Assembly (NCBI GenBank): GCA_905178155.1
Contig: CAJINV010000001.1
Span: 12,383,832 to 12,447,831 of the forward strand
From: Amoebophrya sp. A120
Taxonomy: Eukaryota > Protista > Dinoflagellata
Direction: 5' to 3'
Length of the DNA: 64,000 nucleotides
Below the pieces are notes generated by a model. The model saw only the letters and a program-made list of their open reading frames with translations. It ran no database searches and was not told where the DNA came from. Positions 11,955 through 22,747 of this stretch are shown here, piece after piece (the stretch's first letter is position 1; each line of letters opens with the position of its first letter). The position numbers and the translations under genes are program-made.

Positions 11955-14900
11955 CTATTTTTCGTCAGTATTTTGGAGCCGCTCAGTAGGATTTGTGTTT
12001 GTACCAGACTTTTTCCATTTTAGTTTTTCAAGCAATACCGAAACCGAGTCATCACACATGTACCGGGAATAATTTCTCCCAAACGCTAACACCCGGCAGA
12101 TTGCCGCAAAGGCCAACAAGGCCACTAGGGAGTTCGCAATGTGATCCGTCTCCGTGACATCAATGCCGAAATTGCTCTTCAGCACCTCTTCCCCCGTTTT
12201 GTATTGGCAGTCGTCTGGGTAGAGAACAAACTCCTCGGTGGAGCATGTGTCCAGTTTTACGTCGGTCCAAGCCCAGACAATCATCGCGTTAAAACCCCAG
12301 TAGGCCAATGACAGGTATTTCACCCACCGCATCCATACGGGCAGTAAATCCAAATCCAGCATAAACCCGTTCAGCAGCAGCATCGGGAGTAGTATCATGA
12401 GTAGTATCGCAGTCGCGATGTCCGGGTCGTCGGTCTATGGATTGTAAAAATGTCTGGGTCTGGAAGAATGGAAGGTCTGTCATGCTCTGCCAGCATGACC
12501 CCAAAGTCTGTCATGCACGTTACCCAAGAGCCTCGCTTTTTTGTCATGCAGAAAAGCAGTTTGTCATGCAGACCAGGCAACACCTCGAAGCTCACAAACT
12601 TGTCATGCTGAGCCAGCACTTGTCGCCGCCTCATGATACGCCAACCAGCATCACAAGTTTCCAGACCCAGACATTTTTACACTTGATACGGTCAGAGAGG
12701 CGACGAACGCCCCGGCCGCGTTCGCCGTCAGCATGACACATTCAGAAATCAGCAAAAAGACGAAAAACTTCTCGAAGAAGAACCCGGCCGTCACGTCGTC
12801 GTCGACGCCGAAGATGCCGTGGAACTGCACGAGAAAGCACGCGGCGATCGTGAAGAGTAACGGAAACAAAGAGGAGATCGGCAACTCCCCTGTCATGCGG
12901 CCCACCGAGAACGCGCTCAGACTGTATAGCCGCTTCGTCACAATTTCGCGCCGGAGAAACCGCGCGCCCTGGACCAGCATCGTCATGGTCTCGAACGCGG
13001 CGGAAAAATTCGGGTGCACGAAGAAGAAAAACGCCGCGCCGTGTCGCGTGTTGTTCATCTTTGGGTGCGGCGGGGTGCGGAAAAAAATCCACCCGCAAAG
13101 TGCCAGCAGCGCCCCGTTCGCGTACAAGGCTAACCACGTCTCGAACCTGCGTCGCAGGCGTGCCCGGTACGTCCGCTGGTGCAAGGCTCTCACCTGGGTC
13201 CACCAAGAGGGGCGGTCTTGCTGGTTGGAAAGAACTACACGGGTTGTAGTAGTGCTAGCGGTCGCATGAACTACGTCTTGCGCGGTCGTTGCGCCAGCTG
13301 CTTGATTCAATGCCTCGTCGTGCGCCACCACGGTATCAAGATCCGGCGGAGGCAGCATCTCCGCGTACTTGGACAAAATGCGCTTACTAATTTGCTTCGG
13401 GTTTTGGTGTTCTCCCACTGGAGGTTCACCCTCCATCGGACCGCTCCTGTCGGCCGCGTTTGTCGCAACTACAGTATCCTCATCTCGTCTGACTTCCTCT
13501 GCGCTGTCCCGTAGTGCAACATTGCTCCCAGATAATTCTCTGTAGGTCAACAGCAGCTTCTCGCGTTTCTCCTCATTCTGGATTAAGTCCAGCGCGAACT
13601 CCGCCGCGTTGTAGCCTCGGGGGAATGCAAACCCCTTGTCCGAAAGCTCGTGAGCCATGGAAAGTCCCGGGCCAAAGTAGCAGCACTCTCCCTTTCCTAT
13701 GAAGTACACTTCGCGGATATTACAATGAAAAATGTCCCCACCCCCGAACTTGAAAGCCTTTGTATTGCAAACCTTTCCAAATGAAACAGTCGCTCTCTTG
13801 CATCTATCAGCATCGCAGATTTCCGATCGTGACTAGCAAAAATTTGTATTGCAAAAGATCCCAGCAAGAGCGGCGTTTGTCATGCAAGCGCGGCGAAACA
13901 CGCCTAGACTCTGCATCAGAAAGATTTGTACTCCTTTCATGCATGACAAAAAGTTTTCATTTGGAAACTTCGCATTACAAATTTTTGCAACTTTGGGGGT
14001 GGGGGCAATTTTCCTCGCGATAGCGGAAGCGGCTGTAGATAAGTGACGACGGCTGGTGGATGGTAAACAGGATGGTTGTTTTTGCATATCATTTGTAAAA
14101 ACGTCCCCACCCCAGAGTTGTGATGCAGATTTGCAATGACAGGCACGTTTGTAATGCGCATCTCCATGAGAGGCGTTTCTAGTCGTGTTTTGGGATTTGT
14201 AATGCTGTAACCAGGATGAGCAAATGCATTTGTGACGCGTTTGTCCTTGCTAGGCTGCACTACACTACGGACTGCAACTTGTGATGCGTGAGCCCCAAAA
14301 CTTCTAGGTTTGTGTTGCAAAATCCCTAGGTTGACTCTGAGATGGGGACGTTTTTACTCAGGATATTGCATTCTGAGAATTCATTGCACTACTGTGCGAA
14401 GAGCTGGCGCCCTGTTGTTCTTCCAAGCCGTCGTCGTACAAGATATCCACCACTTCCCGTGCCATCGTGCTGTCCAGTCCGGACGTTGGTTCGTCGAGCA
14501 AAAGTACGGACACCTTTTCGTGCAAAAGCTCCTCGGCGATCGAGAGCCGCTTACGCTCACCGCCGCTGAGGAACCCGATCCGGCGGTCTCTGCAGTGACT
14601 CAGGCGCAGGCGGTGCAACACAGTCGTGATCTTCTCTTGCTGCTCCGCTTTCGAGAGGCGAAACAGCCGCATTTTCGCATGGAACTCCAACTGCTCCCCC
14701 ACGGTGACCTGGTTTTCGAAAAAATCCTCTTGCTCCACGAGCGAGACCAGCTTGACCTCCTCGGAAAACGGATAGCTTGTCGCAGCAAGTTCCTTCCAGC
14801 TAGTTCCGTTGCAAAACACGGAAATCGTGCCCGAATGTTCCGGAAACTTTTCCGCATTTGGCGTCACCTGGCCGGCGAGCATACGAAGTAGCGTGGTCTT

Positions 14901-15050
14901 TCCAGACCCCGACGGTCCCATGATGGCCAACGTTTCACCTGGCCCGACTTTGCCGCACAAACCTTTCAAAATCGAAACCTTGCTCCCGGCGCCATCGCTC
15001 GTCTCCCCGAGCTCGGAGCTCGCCGTCAGGCGGAGGTTTCGGAACTCCAT
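11955..15050 (-). CDS. ABCG (White-like) half transporter interrupted by three introners; start codon uncertain (ATG at 15050, frame open to ~15134)
   Basis: GPSGSGKTT, LSGGERKRLSIA, LLLDEPTSGLDS; spliced H-loop KTTILFTIHQPSSLIYSRFREVYFIG; ABC2 membrane domain; colinear with the intronless paralogue at 19533-22295. Confidence 0.9.
12436..12688. mobile_element. Introner A2 (253 bp)
   Basis: TATGGATTGTAAAAATGTCTGGGTCTGGAA ... TTCCAGACCCAGACATTTTTACACTTGATA; direct repeat CGGTC at 12431-12435 and 12689-12693; restores ASLTDDPDIATA; interior similar to 63503-63757. Confidence 0.93.
13718..14022. mobile_element. Introner B2 (305 bp)
   Basis: TATTACAATGAAAAATGTCCCCACCCCC ... GGGGGTGGGGGCAATTTTCCTCGCGATA; direct repeat GCGGA at 13713-13717 and 14023-14027; restores YSRFREVYF; interior is a reverse-complement homologue of 46308-46613. 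Confidence 0.93.
14087..14365. mobile_element. Introner B3 (279 bp)
   Basis: TATCATTTGTAAAAACGTCCCCACCCCAGAGT ... ACTCTGAGATGGGGACGTTTTTACTCAGGATA; direct repeat TTGCA at 14082-14086 and 14366-14370; restores NSQNAKTTILFTIHQP. Confidence 0.93.
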
Positions 15051-16233
15051 GGCGCGCTCACGATTCGAGACTGAGACGTGTCTGTTGCTGCATCTTGAAT
15101 CATTAATATTGTTTGAAGAAGCTGCTCCACGCACGTGAACTCATTGATATCTCACTTTGGTGCGGCACAGCAAGGATTTCGTTTCTGACTGTCTGACGAC
15201 CTCACATCCTCCTCAGAATTGATCCACTTCTCTGGGGTAAACACTTGAAAACAACTTACTCCGAGGTTCGACTTTGATTGCGTTCCAAGTAAAAATCGCA
15301 AACTGCCTTCAGCTTGAACAGAAAAACGAAAAACCTGCTCTTGCATGCATTGCACAAGCCGTTTTCTGCTTTTTCGAACACAAAGCGGAGTGCTCAAGGG
15401 GCCACCGGGGCTTGTTCGGTGGGTATAAACGACCACGAAGAGCAGGTGTGACTGAGGACCTTACTAGCATAGAGCGATTAGATTTGAAAATTTGAATTTC
15501 TTGCTAAAAAAAGCACGGATCCTTTAGAAATAGAAACTAACTTAAAAGACAGTCCAGATAAGCAGCTCAATACTTGAAAAACATCGATCCAGACTGCGAT
15601 TTTCTTTTTCCGTCATGGACGTCTTCTAGCCGGTTCTCATCTTTTTTTCGCAGAGCCTGAGCCAGAGTCGATGCTGTCAGTTACGATTGAATTGCAATCT
15701 GTCACGAGCAATTCGTCACTCTCCTTGCGACAAACTAGCGACTGGCCAAATTCGCGAAATAAAATTTGCGAGACTAGAAGAAGAAAAAAAGGCTGCTCAG
15801 TCTTGCTTCGACATCAACATTCTTTTTCTGTTTGATGGCTATGCTAAATTTAGCTCTTGCTGAGCATCATGCTAGGCACGTACAATGTGGCACGGAAGGA
15901 CGACCCTAGCTTCGCAGGTTCTGGCTTCAACTCGACTTCGTCTACAGCCGCACAGAAGCTGCGAAAACCTAGGATACCTCCATCTCCATCCTTCACTTAT
16001 TATATCGTGCGACTAGAAATTGGTAAAAGGAAGCTCAACGAAAAAATAAACATGTAGATCCGCGTGACGACGTGATCTGGCAGCGAAAGCGGTGCGCCTC
16101 CTGCCACTGACTTTGGTGAGTCAGCAGGTGACGATTTTACCACTAGCTGCAGGGACAAACCTTCTTATTGCTTTGTGTGCTTTTTCTTGCTTTTTTCCCT
16201 CGTCGACATTGATTGAAATTACCAAATATTCTG

Positions 16234-16291
16234 ACTATCCGAGGGGGTATCATGGTGATCCGCTTAAAACCACGATACCTCCTCGGATAGT
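16234..16291. repeat. Intergenic inverted repeat (23-bp arms, 21/23 matched, 12-nt loop)
   Basis: ACTATCCGAGGGGGTATCATGGT (16234-16256) versus ACCACGATACCTCCTCGGATAGT (16269-16291). Confidence 0.8.
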
Positions 16292-16600
16292 TGTGCGTTT
16301 TTGTTTTTATGCAGAGCTGAATTGGAATGGGAGGCGTAGACATCTATAAAGCATATTGAAAAAGGATAATTCTATCTCACATCGATTTCGATACAGTCTT
16401 CCATTACACTATCACATTTTTTTTAGCAGAGTCAGCGGCTTAAATTTTCGTCTTAGATGGGGTCTTTAGCACCGGAGCATGTCCTGAACATGGAATAGAT
16501 AGGAATCTGTCAAAGCCTACCCTTGTCTTTAGCCGCGACACATTTTTTGCTTCGAAACTAAAAATGTTGGATGCAGAGATAGTACGTCTGCAACCTCGAA

Positions 16601-16630
16601 GTACCAACATCAACATGTTGATGTTGGTAC
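16601..16630. repeat. Perfect 30-bp palindrome
   Basis: GTACCAACATCAACATGTTGATGTTGGTAC equals its own reverse complement. Confidence 0.9.
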
Positions 16631-16951
16631 AATAACGAACGGAACTAGTCCGTCAACAAAAATACGTTTATGTATTTACTGCTGCGGACAATTCGTTCTG
16701 ACTGTCAAGAAGACTCGCAATCTATCAGTATCTATAAATATCACCATGTTTGCGCAAAAAACTGTTCTCCGTCCTGCTCATCTTCGTTATCGTTACCGAG
16801 CGGATAGTAAAACTCCTCACCCCATTTAGTTGCTTGGCATCGATGCCAAAAATTTCTTCATATTCTATCTTCATCTTCTCGGATCAATCTGAATTTTGTA
16901 TCCATCTATGCGCTTGCTCTTCTGCCGCACATGACTTTTGAAGTTATAGTT

Positions 16952-18415
16952 CTACATGATTGCGCAAACTTCGTCATCGTTTGAAGACACAACATCTGGT
17001 GCAACGGCGCTCTGTCGTAGTGTTTCCATGCGATCGTGTATCAGATCCACAGTGTCCAGGCCGAATTCCGGTATTGTTTTCTTAAACAAAGCATGGAGAT
17101 ACAACACTCCCACTAGAACTGTGTTAGTCTGATGCATCATAACAGAATGCAACGGACCGTAGTTCTTCTTTAACTCCAGCAGCCTGTACAAGATGACAAG
17201 CGCCTGATCTCTCTCCAGAGCCCGCAATAAATTCTCGCAGACCTGCTTGTTTCGGATTTTGCTAACAACTTCCACGCGTATGTTCTGCGAGGCAAGTACG
17301 AGTGGGTAGCGATCGAGTACGAAGGTTTCCTTCCATTCTACAGTCCGCCAGTCAGACAAAATCGGGTCTGAGCTGGCGTCCAGTTTCTTTATCCAATTCT
17401 GAAATCCGCCAACGCCTCCTTTCTCGAGTTCGTCAAGCAGCAAGGCCCGTTGAAATTTTTCGTAGGCGTCCCCGCCATGCATTTCATCGGCCGCCACGAG
17501 TCCGCCCTGCTTCTCCAGCTCTGACTGGCAACGAGGACAGAAACAGTTGGCACCCCAGCCGATGCGGAGCATCTCAGACCGACAACATGCACTGAGTATC
17601 AGATGATCCATGCCGACATAGGAAAAGCAGACTTCTTCACCTGGCTCGATATCCTTGATCGCAACCAACACCAAGTTCGTCGCACCGCGCACCTCGCAAT
17701 TCGGAGCACAGCTGTGATTGTAAAGACCGCCGAAGTGGTGCAATCCGTCGTCATGAGCGCACAGCTTCGCAACGGCCAGGCCACGGATCAATTCCTGGAT
17801 TTCCTTCTCAGTTGGAGAGCCACCGTGCCAACATTTTAAGCCATCTGCGAAAATTCGACGCACCTCTTTGTCGACTCGTTGCAGAGAAGCGACCTTATCA
17901 CGTGGAATTTCTTCGTAGGTTCGTGGAAACAGGCCGTTGACCTTCGCAATGTCTTCAGGCGTGGTGTTCTGCAGGTAATTCAGAAGTTTGTCCTCGATCT
18001 GAGCGTAACTGGCGTGCCAAGGGAGAACTCTTCGCTCGCCACTGATTATTTGGCCGTTTTGAATAGGGACCGTCGCACGCACCACGTATCCTCCTTTTCC
18101 GGAACGTTCCACGTAAAGCCCGGGAGTAAACTGAAAGCACAAAGGAGACGCGGTGGAGATCACTTCACAAAGTTTGACCGCACGAGAAACGTCAATCTTT
18201 CCGAGGTGCAGATGGTCAGCGACACCGATGTAGGCTTCTGTCGCACGTTTGCTACTCGCGAGGAGACGCAGTGACGTCTCGTCCAGCTGAACTGAAGTTG
18301 TCTCTTCCATGAACGCAGGAACGGGATCCATGGTGCTGGGGACCTCGCTGCGCTGACGGCTGCGAAGACGCTCTGCCTTTGTATCATGAGGATGAAAAGA
18401 GTCCGGTGATGTCAT
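16952..18415 (-). CDS. SET-domain (SMYD-like) lysine methyltransferase
   Basis: KGGYVVRATVPIQNG, LYNHSCAPNC, AIKDIEPGEEVCFSYV, post-SET CFCPRC; first in-frame ATG at 18415. Confidence 0.85.
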   Translation of the reverse strand: MTSPDSFHPHDTKAERLRSRQRSEVPSTMDPVPAFMEETTSVQLDETSLRLLASSKRATEAYIGVADHLHLGKIDVSRAVKLCEVISTASPLCFQFTPGLYVERSGKGGYVVRATVPIQNGQIISGERRVLPWHASYAQIEDKLLNYLQNTTPEDIAKVNGLFPRTYEEIPRDKVASLQRVDKEVRRIFADGLKCWHGGSPTEKEIQELIRGLAVAKLCAHDDGLHHFGGLYNHSCAPNCEVRGATNLVLVAIKDIEPGEEVCFSYVGMDHLILSACCRSEMLRIGWGANCFCPRCQSELEKQGGLVAADEMHGGDAYEKFQRALLLDELEKGGVGGFQNWIKKLDASSDPILSDWRTVEWKETFVLDRYPLVLASQNIRVEVVSKIRNKQVCENLLRALERDQALVILYRLLELKKNYGPLHSVMMHQTNTVLVGVLYLHALFKKTIPEFGLDTVDLIHDRMETLRQSAVAPDVVSSNDDEVCAIM

Positions 18416-19532
18416 TCTGCTGCTGCTTCGTAAAAGTGCTGCTCGCGGTTGTAGTTCGGGTTGGTGTAAAAACAACGACGTGCCGACAAAGAAAATGGAG
18501 GCGCTTCTATATATTTTGTTGGTTTCGCTGCTGCTGTAAGAACACAGATTAATAACGTCAAAGACAAACAGCCCTAAGCTTTAGAGAGAAAGATAGTCTA
18601 CGACACCTCGTGTCCACGTTACTAGCCCTGTAATCATTGCAAATGTTTCACGTTCATGTGATCAATCAGGCTAGTCCTGTAGGCGTAGACTTTGGATCAG
18701 TGTCGTCATTTGGGATCACGGTGGTACGGGATCCCTTGATCCTGATTCAGCTGATGATCTATGCCAACAGCTGCGGCAACCTCGACGGCGTCCCTAACCG
18801 TAATGTGAAGCGATCGAGATCTTGGAAGTTGTGAGCACCACAGTCACAGATCACGTCGAGATCTTCTACCAACAAAATCTATTTGTGTTATGGTCCTCGA
18901 GATAGAGGAGAGTCTTGTCGAGGAGGAGACGTAGAGGCACTTGGCTTTTCGTGCCAGCTACGGACACGGTAGTTAGTCCACCGCATCCATCTACTTGAAT
19001 TTGTCGGACATTCCATGGCGCGTTCTTTCACGCTTTGAGATCATTAAGACGCAACTGTTGCAGCATGAACGATTTTCTTTTTTGAAGCTGCACCTATTTC
19101 AGTTCATACATCATGATCTTGGTCAAGCACTGCAAGGTCATTTTGTTCCTAAGTGTCTGACGACCTCGCATCCTCCTGCGGATTGATGTAAGTACTTGCT
19201 TCTCCGGAGTACACAGTTGGAAGCAACGAGATCAGACTTTCGCGTCCAAAGAAAGAGTCGCAGACGGAGTTCTTCATGTGAGTCCGCAATAATTGCACCA
19301 ATGTGGCAGCGCCCTGGTCCGCAAAACAGAGGGAGCAATGGTTGCAAAAAAATGAACTACTTCGAATGCGGTCGTGCAGTCGTGGAGATACTCGAATGAA
19401 AAAATGCAATCAGATTCATCCATGTGATTTGTATGTTGCGCGACAGGACTTCACTTTCCTAAAACTCAAACTGAAAGCGACAGAAATCACTTTGGGTCTC
19501 CCATAACTCAAGCTTTCGCTTCCTCTTCTACT

Positions 19533-22295
19533 TCACGGGGCGGACCCCCACCTGAAGATCTTCACGAGTGCTTCCAAGGAGGAACGGCGTCCTTTTGCAG
19601 GTACTGCCGGCGTTGTAGTGTTTTCCGCGAGCGGATCGCTCAAGTGTAGGGCCATCAACCAGTTGTCGGCATATTCGTAGCGCACGTAAAAGCGGAAAAA
19701 GGCGAGTAGCCGGGTGATGACAGTGAGCAGCAACAAACACAGCAGGGCGTTTCGCTTCAAGTGCGGATTGTCGGCGACCGTGATACCGAATCTGTGGTGC
19801 AAGACCAGGTCGCCGGACCGGTACAGACTGCAGTTCTTCGGAAACTCCAGCTGCTCTTGTGCAGAGCAGGACTCCATCTCGAGCCCCTCCCACGTCCAGC
19901 TCCCGAACGCCAGGAAGCCGTAATAGAACTGGCTGCAGTGCCGCACCCACGCGATGCTGACCGGGATCAGACTCGCATCCAAAATGAAGGGGTTCAGAAG
20001 AAAGAGCGGCACGAGGACGACGATTCCCAAACTAATCGCGACTTCTACGTCCTGAGTGAGAGATCCAATGAAGTACCCCAGCGACTGCCCCGCGAGCTGG
20101 CAGATCAGCGAGATTCCGAGAAGTTCCAAATTCAGCACGACCTCCGGGTGGAACTGCATCAGCGACCAAGCGCCAATCGTGTAGATGAGCGGAAAGATCA
20201 TGATGATCGGCAATTCACCGGTCGTGCGCGCCGCGAAAAAAGACGAGAGTCGGTAGAGCCTCTTCGTTTGGAACTCGCGTTGCAGCACCATTCCGGACAT
20301 GACCAGTGGGAGCATGGCCTCGAACGTTGCGGAAAACAGAGGGTGTGTCAGGATGAAAAACATGGCGCCGTTCCTCGTGTCTACCTTACTCGGATGCTTA
20401 CCCACATCGAAGAAGAAGATCCCGATCAAAATGGTCACAAACGTGTTCTGGATAATAGCGAGTTTCGTCGCGTACCTCTGGCGGAGGCGCGCGATCAAGG
20501 TTCGCTTCCAGATCTCCGAAAACTCGACCCACCAGGGAGCCCGTTTCCGGCTCGCCAACAGATTTGCGACGGAATTCCGGCTCTTCGACGAGCGTGCGGA
20601 GCTTTTCGCCTTCTTGTGTCTCCCCTTAATCGATACGTGCGCTTGCTTAGTTTCCTCGTCCGACACCGGCGTTCGTCCTTGCAGTTCCTCCATCTCGCCT
20701 GGACTTCGGGCCCCGCTGCTACGAGACGGTGTGTACCGGTCCGCGTCTGACCCGCTTTCCCTTTCGTCATCGCGGTCCGCCGAGATATGCTCTGCGTCGT
20801 GCTGCTCGTCATTAGTTGTACCATTCGATTTCGTGATGCTGGTGATGCTGCGTAGAATCTGCAGTTTCTTCTTCTCGTCCACTTGCTGTTGTTTCTGCAC
20901 CAGTCGTGCAAGTTTTTCGGTGTCTTGTATCGTGTCCAAGGCGAACTCCGCAGCGCTGTAGAAGGGTGGGGAATGAAATCCCGCACGGGACAGCCAGCTC
21001 CCCAGCTGATCGGCGGGGCCGAAGTAGGCGCATTCCCCCTGCCCAAGAAAGTACACACTCGAGAAGCAGGAGTAGAGGAGGCTGGAGGGTTGGTGAATCG
21101 TGAAGATGATCGTCGTGTCACGCACTTCGCGCATAGCATCGTCCTGTTCCTGTTCGGGGGTAGAGTCGTGCTTTAGAGCTCTCCCGCTGGTAGTACCGCC
21201 CTCCGTAGTTGTGTGATCGTGAGCATGATCCTGATCTTCAGCATTTGCTTGGTCGAGCAGTGCGGGAGGTACAACAGCAGCTCCAGGCGACGACATCGCC
21301 TCCGTACCCGATGGTACGGGGGAGTGTAAAGCTCCAAGATCAGCAAAATTTCTACTGCCCTTTGCTGCACCACCGGAGGAGCCGCCACTAACGTCGTCTC
21401 TCGGGGGGCCAGGGCTGGCCTCGACGTGCGTTGCAGCTACCAGCGCGCCGGTCAGGCCACCGCTTGCCGCGGCAACTGAAAGTTCTACGGCGCTGTTGAC
21501 TGTTGACTTGGATTCCTTGCTAGTAGACCTGCCTGCTGCAAGGCTCGGAAGCAGCCGTGGTATTATCGTGCCGCTGGCACCTGCGGTGGATGCTGAAACC
21601 CGGTTTTGATCGTCGCTCGCAAGGTTGACCACGTCGGCGGGCGCCGCACTGTTGTTGCACAAGATGTCGACCATTTCCTTCGCTGACACTGAATCCAAGC
21701 CGGTCGTCGGCTCGTCAAGCAATAAAACGGACGTCTGCTCATTTAGCAATTCCTCGGCAACCGACAGGCGTTTTTGTTCTCCGCCGGACAGCAAATACAC
21801 CTTTCTGTGCTGGCAATGCGACAAGCGCAACCGTCGCAAAATCGCGGCGATCCTGTCCTGCCGCTGCTTCCTCGGAAGGTGAAACAACCGCAGCGCCGCG
21901 TAGAAGCTCAGGTGCTCGGACACGGTGACCTCACCGATGAAGAGATCTTGCTGCTCGATCAAGGAAACCAACTTCACGCCCTCCGAGAAGGGGTAGTTTT
22001 GCAAGCTAACGCTCTCCTCGTTATTCAAGCTCACACTTCCACTGATGGTCGCGCGGCCGTGCAACGCACCGCTGCCCGGGCGGCCGCCGCTGCCTCCGCT
22101 GGCGGACACGGTGGTGCGGATCTGGCCTGCTAGCGCTTTCAGCAAAGAGGATTTGCCAGACCCGCTGGGGCCGAGGATGGCGAGGGTGCCGCCACCTTCC
22201 ACGCGTCCAGACATGTTGCGCAGGATGTCGGTCTGCGTCCCCGTCTCCGGATCTCGTGCGGAAAACACCACCTCGCGCCACTCCAGAGAGGCCAT
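19533..22295 (-). CDS. ABCG (White-like) half transporter, intronless paralogue (920 aa)
   Basis: GPSGSGKSS, LSGGEQKRLSVA, LLLDEPTTGLDS, FTIHQPSS, C-terminal membrane domain. Confidence 0.92.
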   Translation of the reverse strand: MASLEWREVVFSARDPETGTQTDILRNMSGRVEGGGTLAILGPSGSGKSSLLKALAGQIRTTVSASGGSGGRPGSGALHGRATISGSVSLNNEESVSLQNYPFSEGVKLVSLIEQQDLFIGEVTVSEHLSFYAALRLFHLPRKQRQDRIAAILRRLRLSHCQHRKVYLLSGGEQKRLSVAEELLNEQTSVLLLDEPTTGLDSVSAKEMVDILCNNSAAPADVVNLASDDQNRVSASTAGASGTIIPRLLPSLAAGRSTSKESKSTVNSAVELSVAAASGGLTGALVAATHVEASPGPPRDDVSGGSSGGAAKGSRNFADLGALHSPVPSGTEAMSSPGAAVVPPALLDQANAEDQDHAHDHTTTEGGTTSGRALKHDSTPEQEQDDAMREVRDTTIIFTIHQPSSLLYSCFSSVYFLGQGECAYFGPADQLGSWLSRAGFHSPPFYSAAEFALDTIQDTEKLARLVQKQQQVDEKKKLQILRSITSITKSNGTTNDEQHDAEHISADRDDERESGSDADRYTPSRSSGARSPGEMEELQGRTPVSDEETKQAHVSIKGRHKKAKSSARSSKSRNSVANLLASRKRAPWWVEFSEIWKRTLIARLRQRYATKLAIIQNTFVTILIGIFFFDVGKHPSKVDTRNGAMFFILTHPLFSATFEAMLPLVMSGMVLQREFQTKRLYRLSSFFAARTTGELPIIMIFPLIYTIGAWSLMQFHPEVVLNLELLGISLICQLAGQSLGYFIGSLTQDVEVAISLGIVVLVPLFLLNPFILDASLIPVSIAWVRHCSQFYYGFLAFGSWTWEGLEMESCSAQEQLEFPKNCSLYRSGDLVLHHRFGITVADNPHLKRNALLCLLLLTVITRLLAFFRFYVRYEYADNWLMALHLSDPLAENTTTPAVPAKGRRSSLEALVKIFRWGSAP

Positions 22296-22747
22296 GGTCG
22301 CTCCCCGCGTGTGGAGTGGGTGTTGCAGGAGAGGGCAGCGCGCGGGATGTTTGGAAGATGTAGCTGTGGCTGGTAGCGGTGCTCAAGCACCATGTGTTGC
22401 TTGGTTACGGCTTACGCTGATCTCAGTCGCTCTGCTCTCTAGATTGATCATGCACTGAAACGGGCACAGCAACCGGGATCAAGAAAAGCCAGATCCGAAT
22501 CTTGTATCTGTAGGTTGATCTTTTTTTGATCTTGCTGCTGTGATCGTGCTCAGAATTCTGCGTTACAGTGCGTGGGGCTTGTGATCGAAAAGAAAAAAAA
22601 GGCCACCATGAATTGTGAAAATCTGAACAACACGAGCGAAAGTGACATGGTGAAACTCTGAACAACAGCTACCTAGCATCCGTTCAAAAAGTAATTATAA
22701 AGCAGAGTCTTGGCGTAGTCGATTGCTTTATTTGTTGCGTACTTCTT

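Noticed and set aside
12289-14320. Small ORFs overlapping introners, with recurring peptides (CKNVWVWK, FQTQTFL, KMSGSG)
   Set aside because: They are translations of the repeated TIR sequence, not genes
821-15134. Helicase and first ABCG genes as frameshifted pseudogenes
   Set aside because: Every break is explained by a bounded TIR element or a GT-AG intron, and the joined frames have intact motifs and no other lesions
19761-20961. Long antisense ORFs over real genes (also 5778-6557, 32349-33445, 52180-53040)
   Set aside because: Shadows of GC-rich coding sequence with no domain similarity
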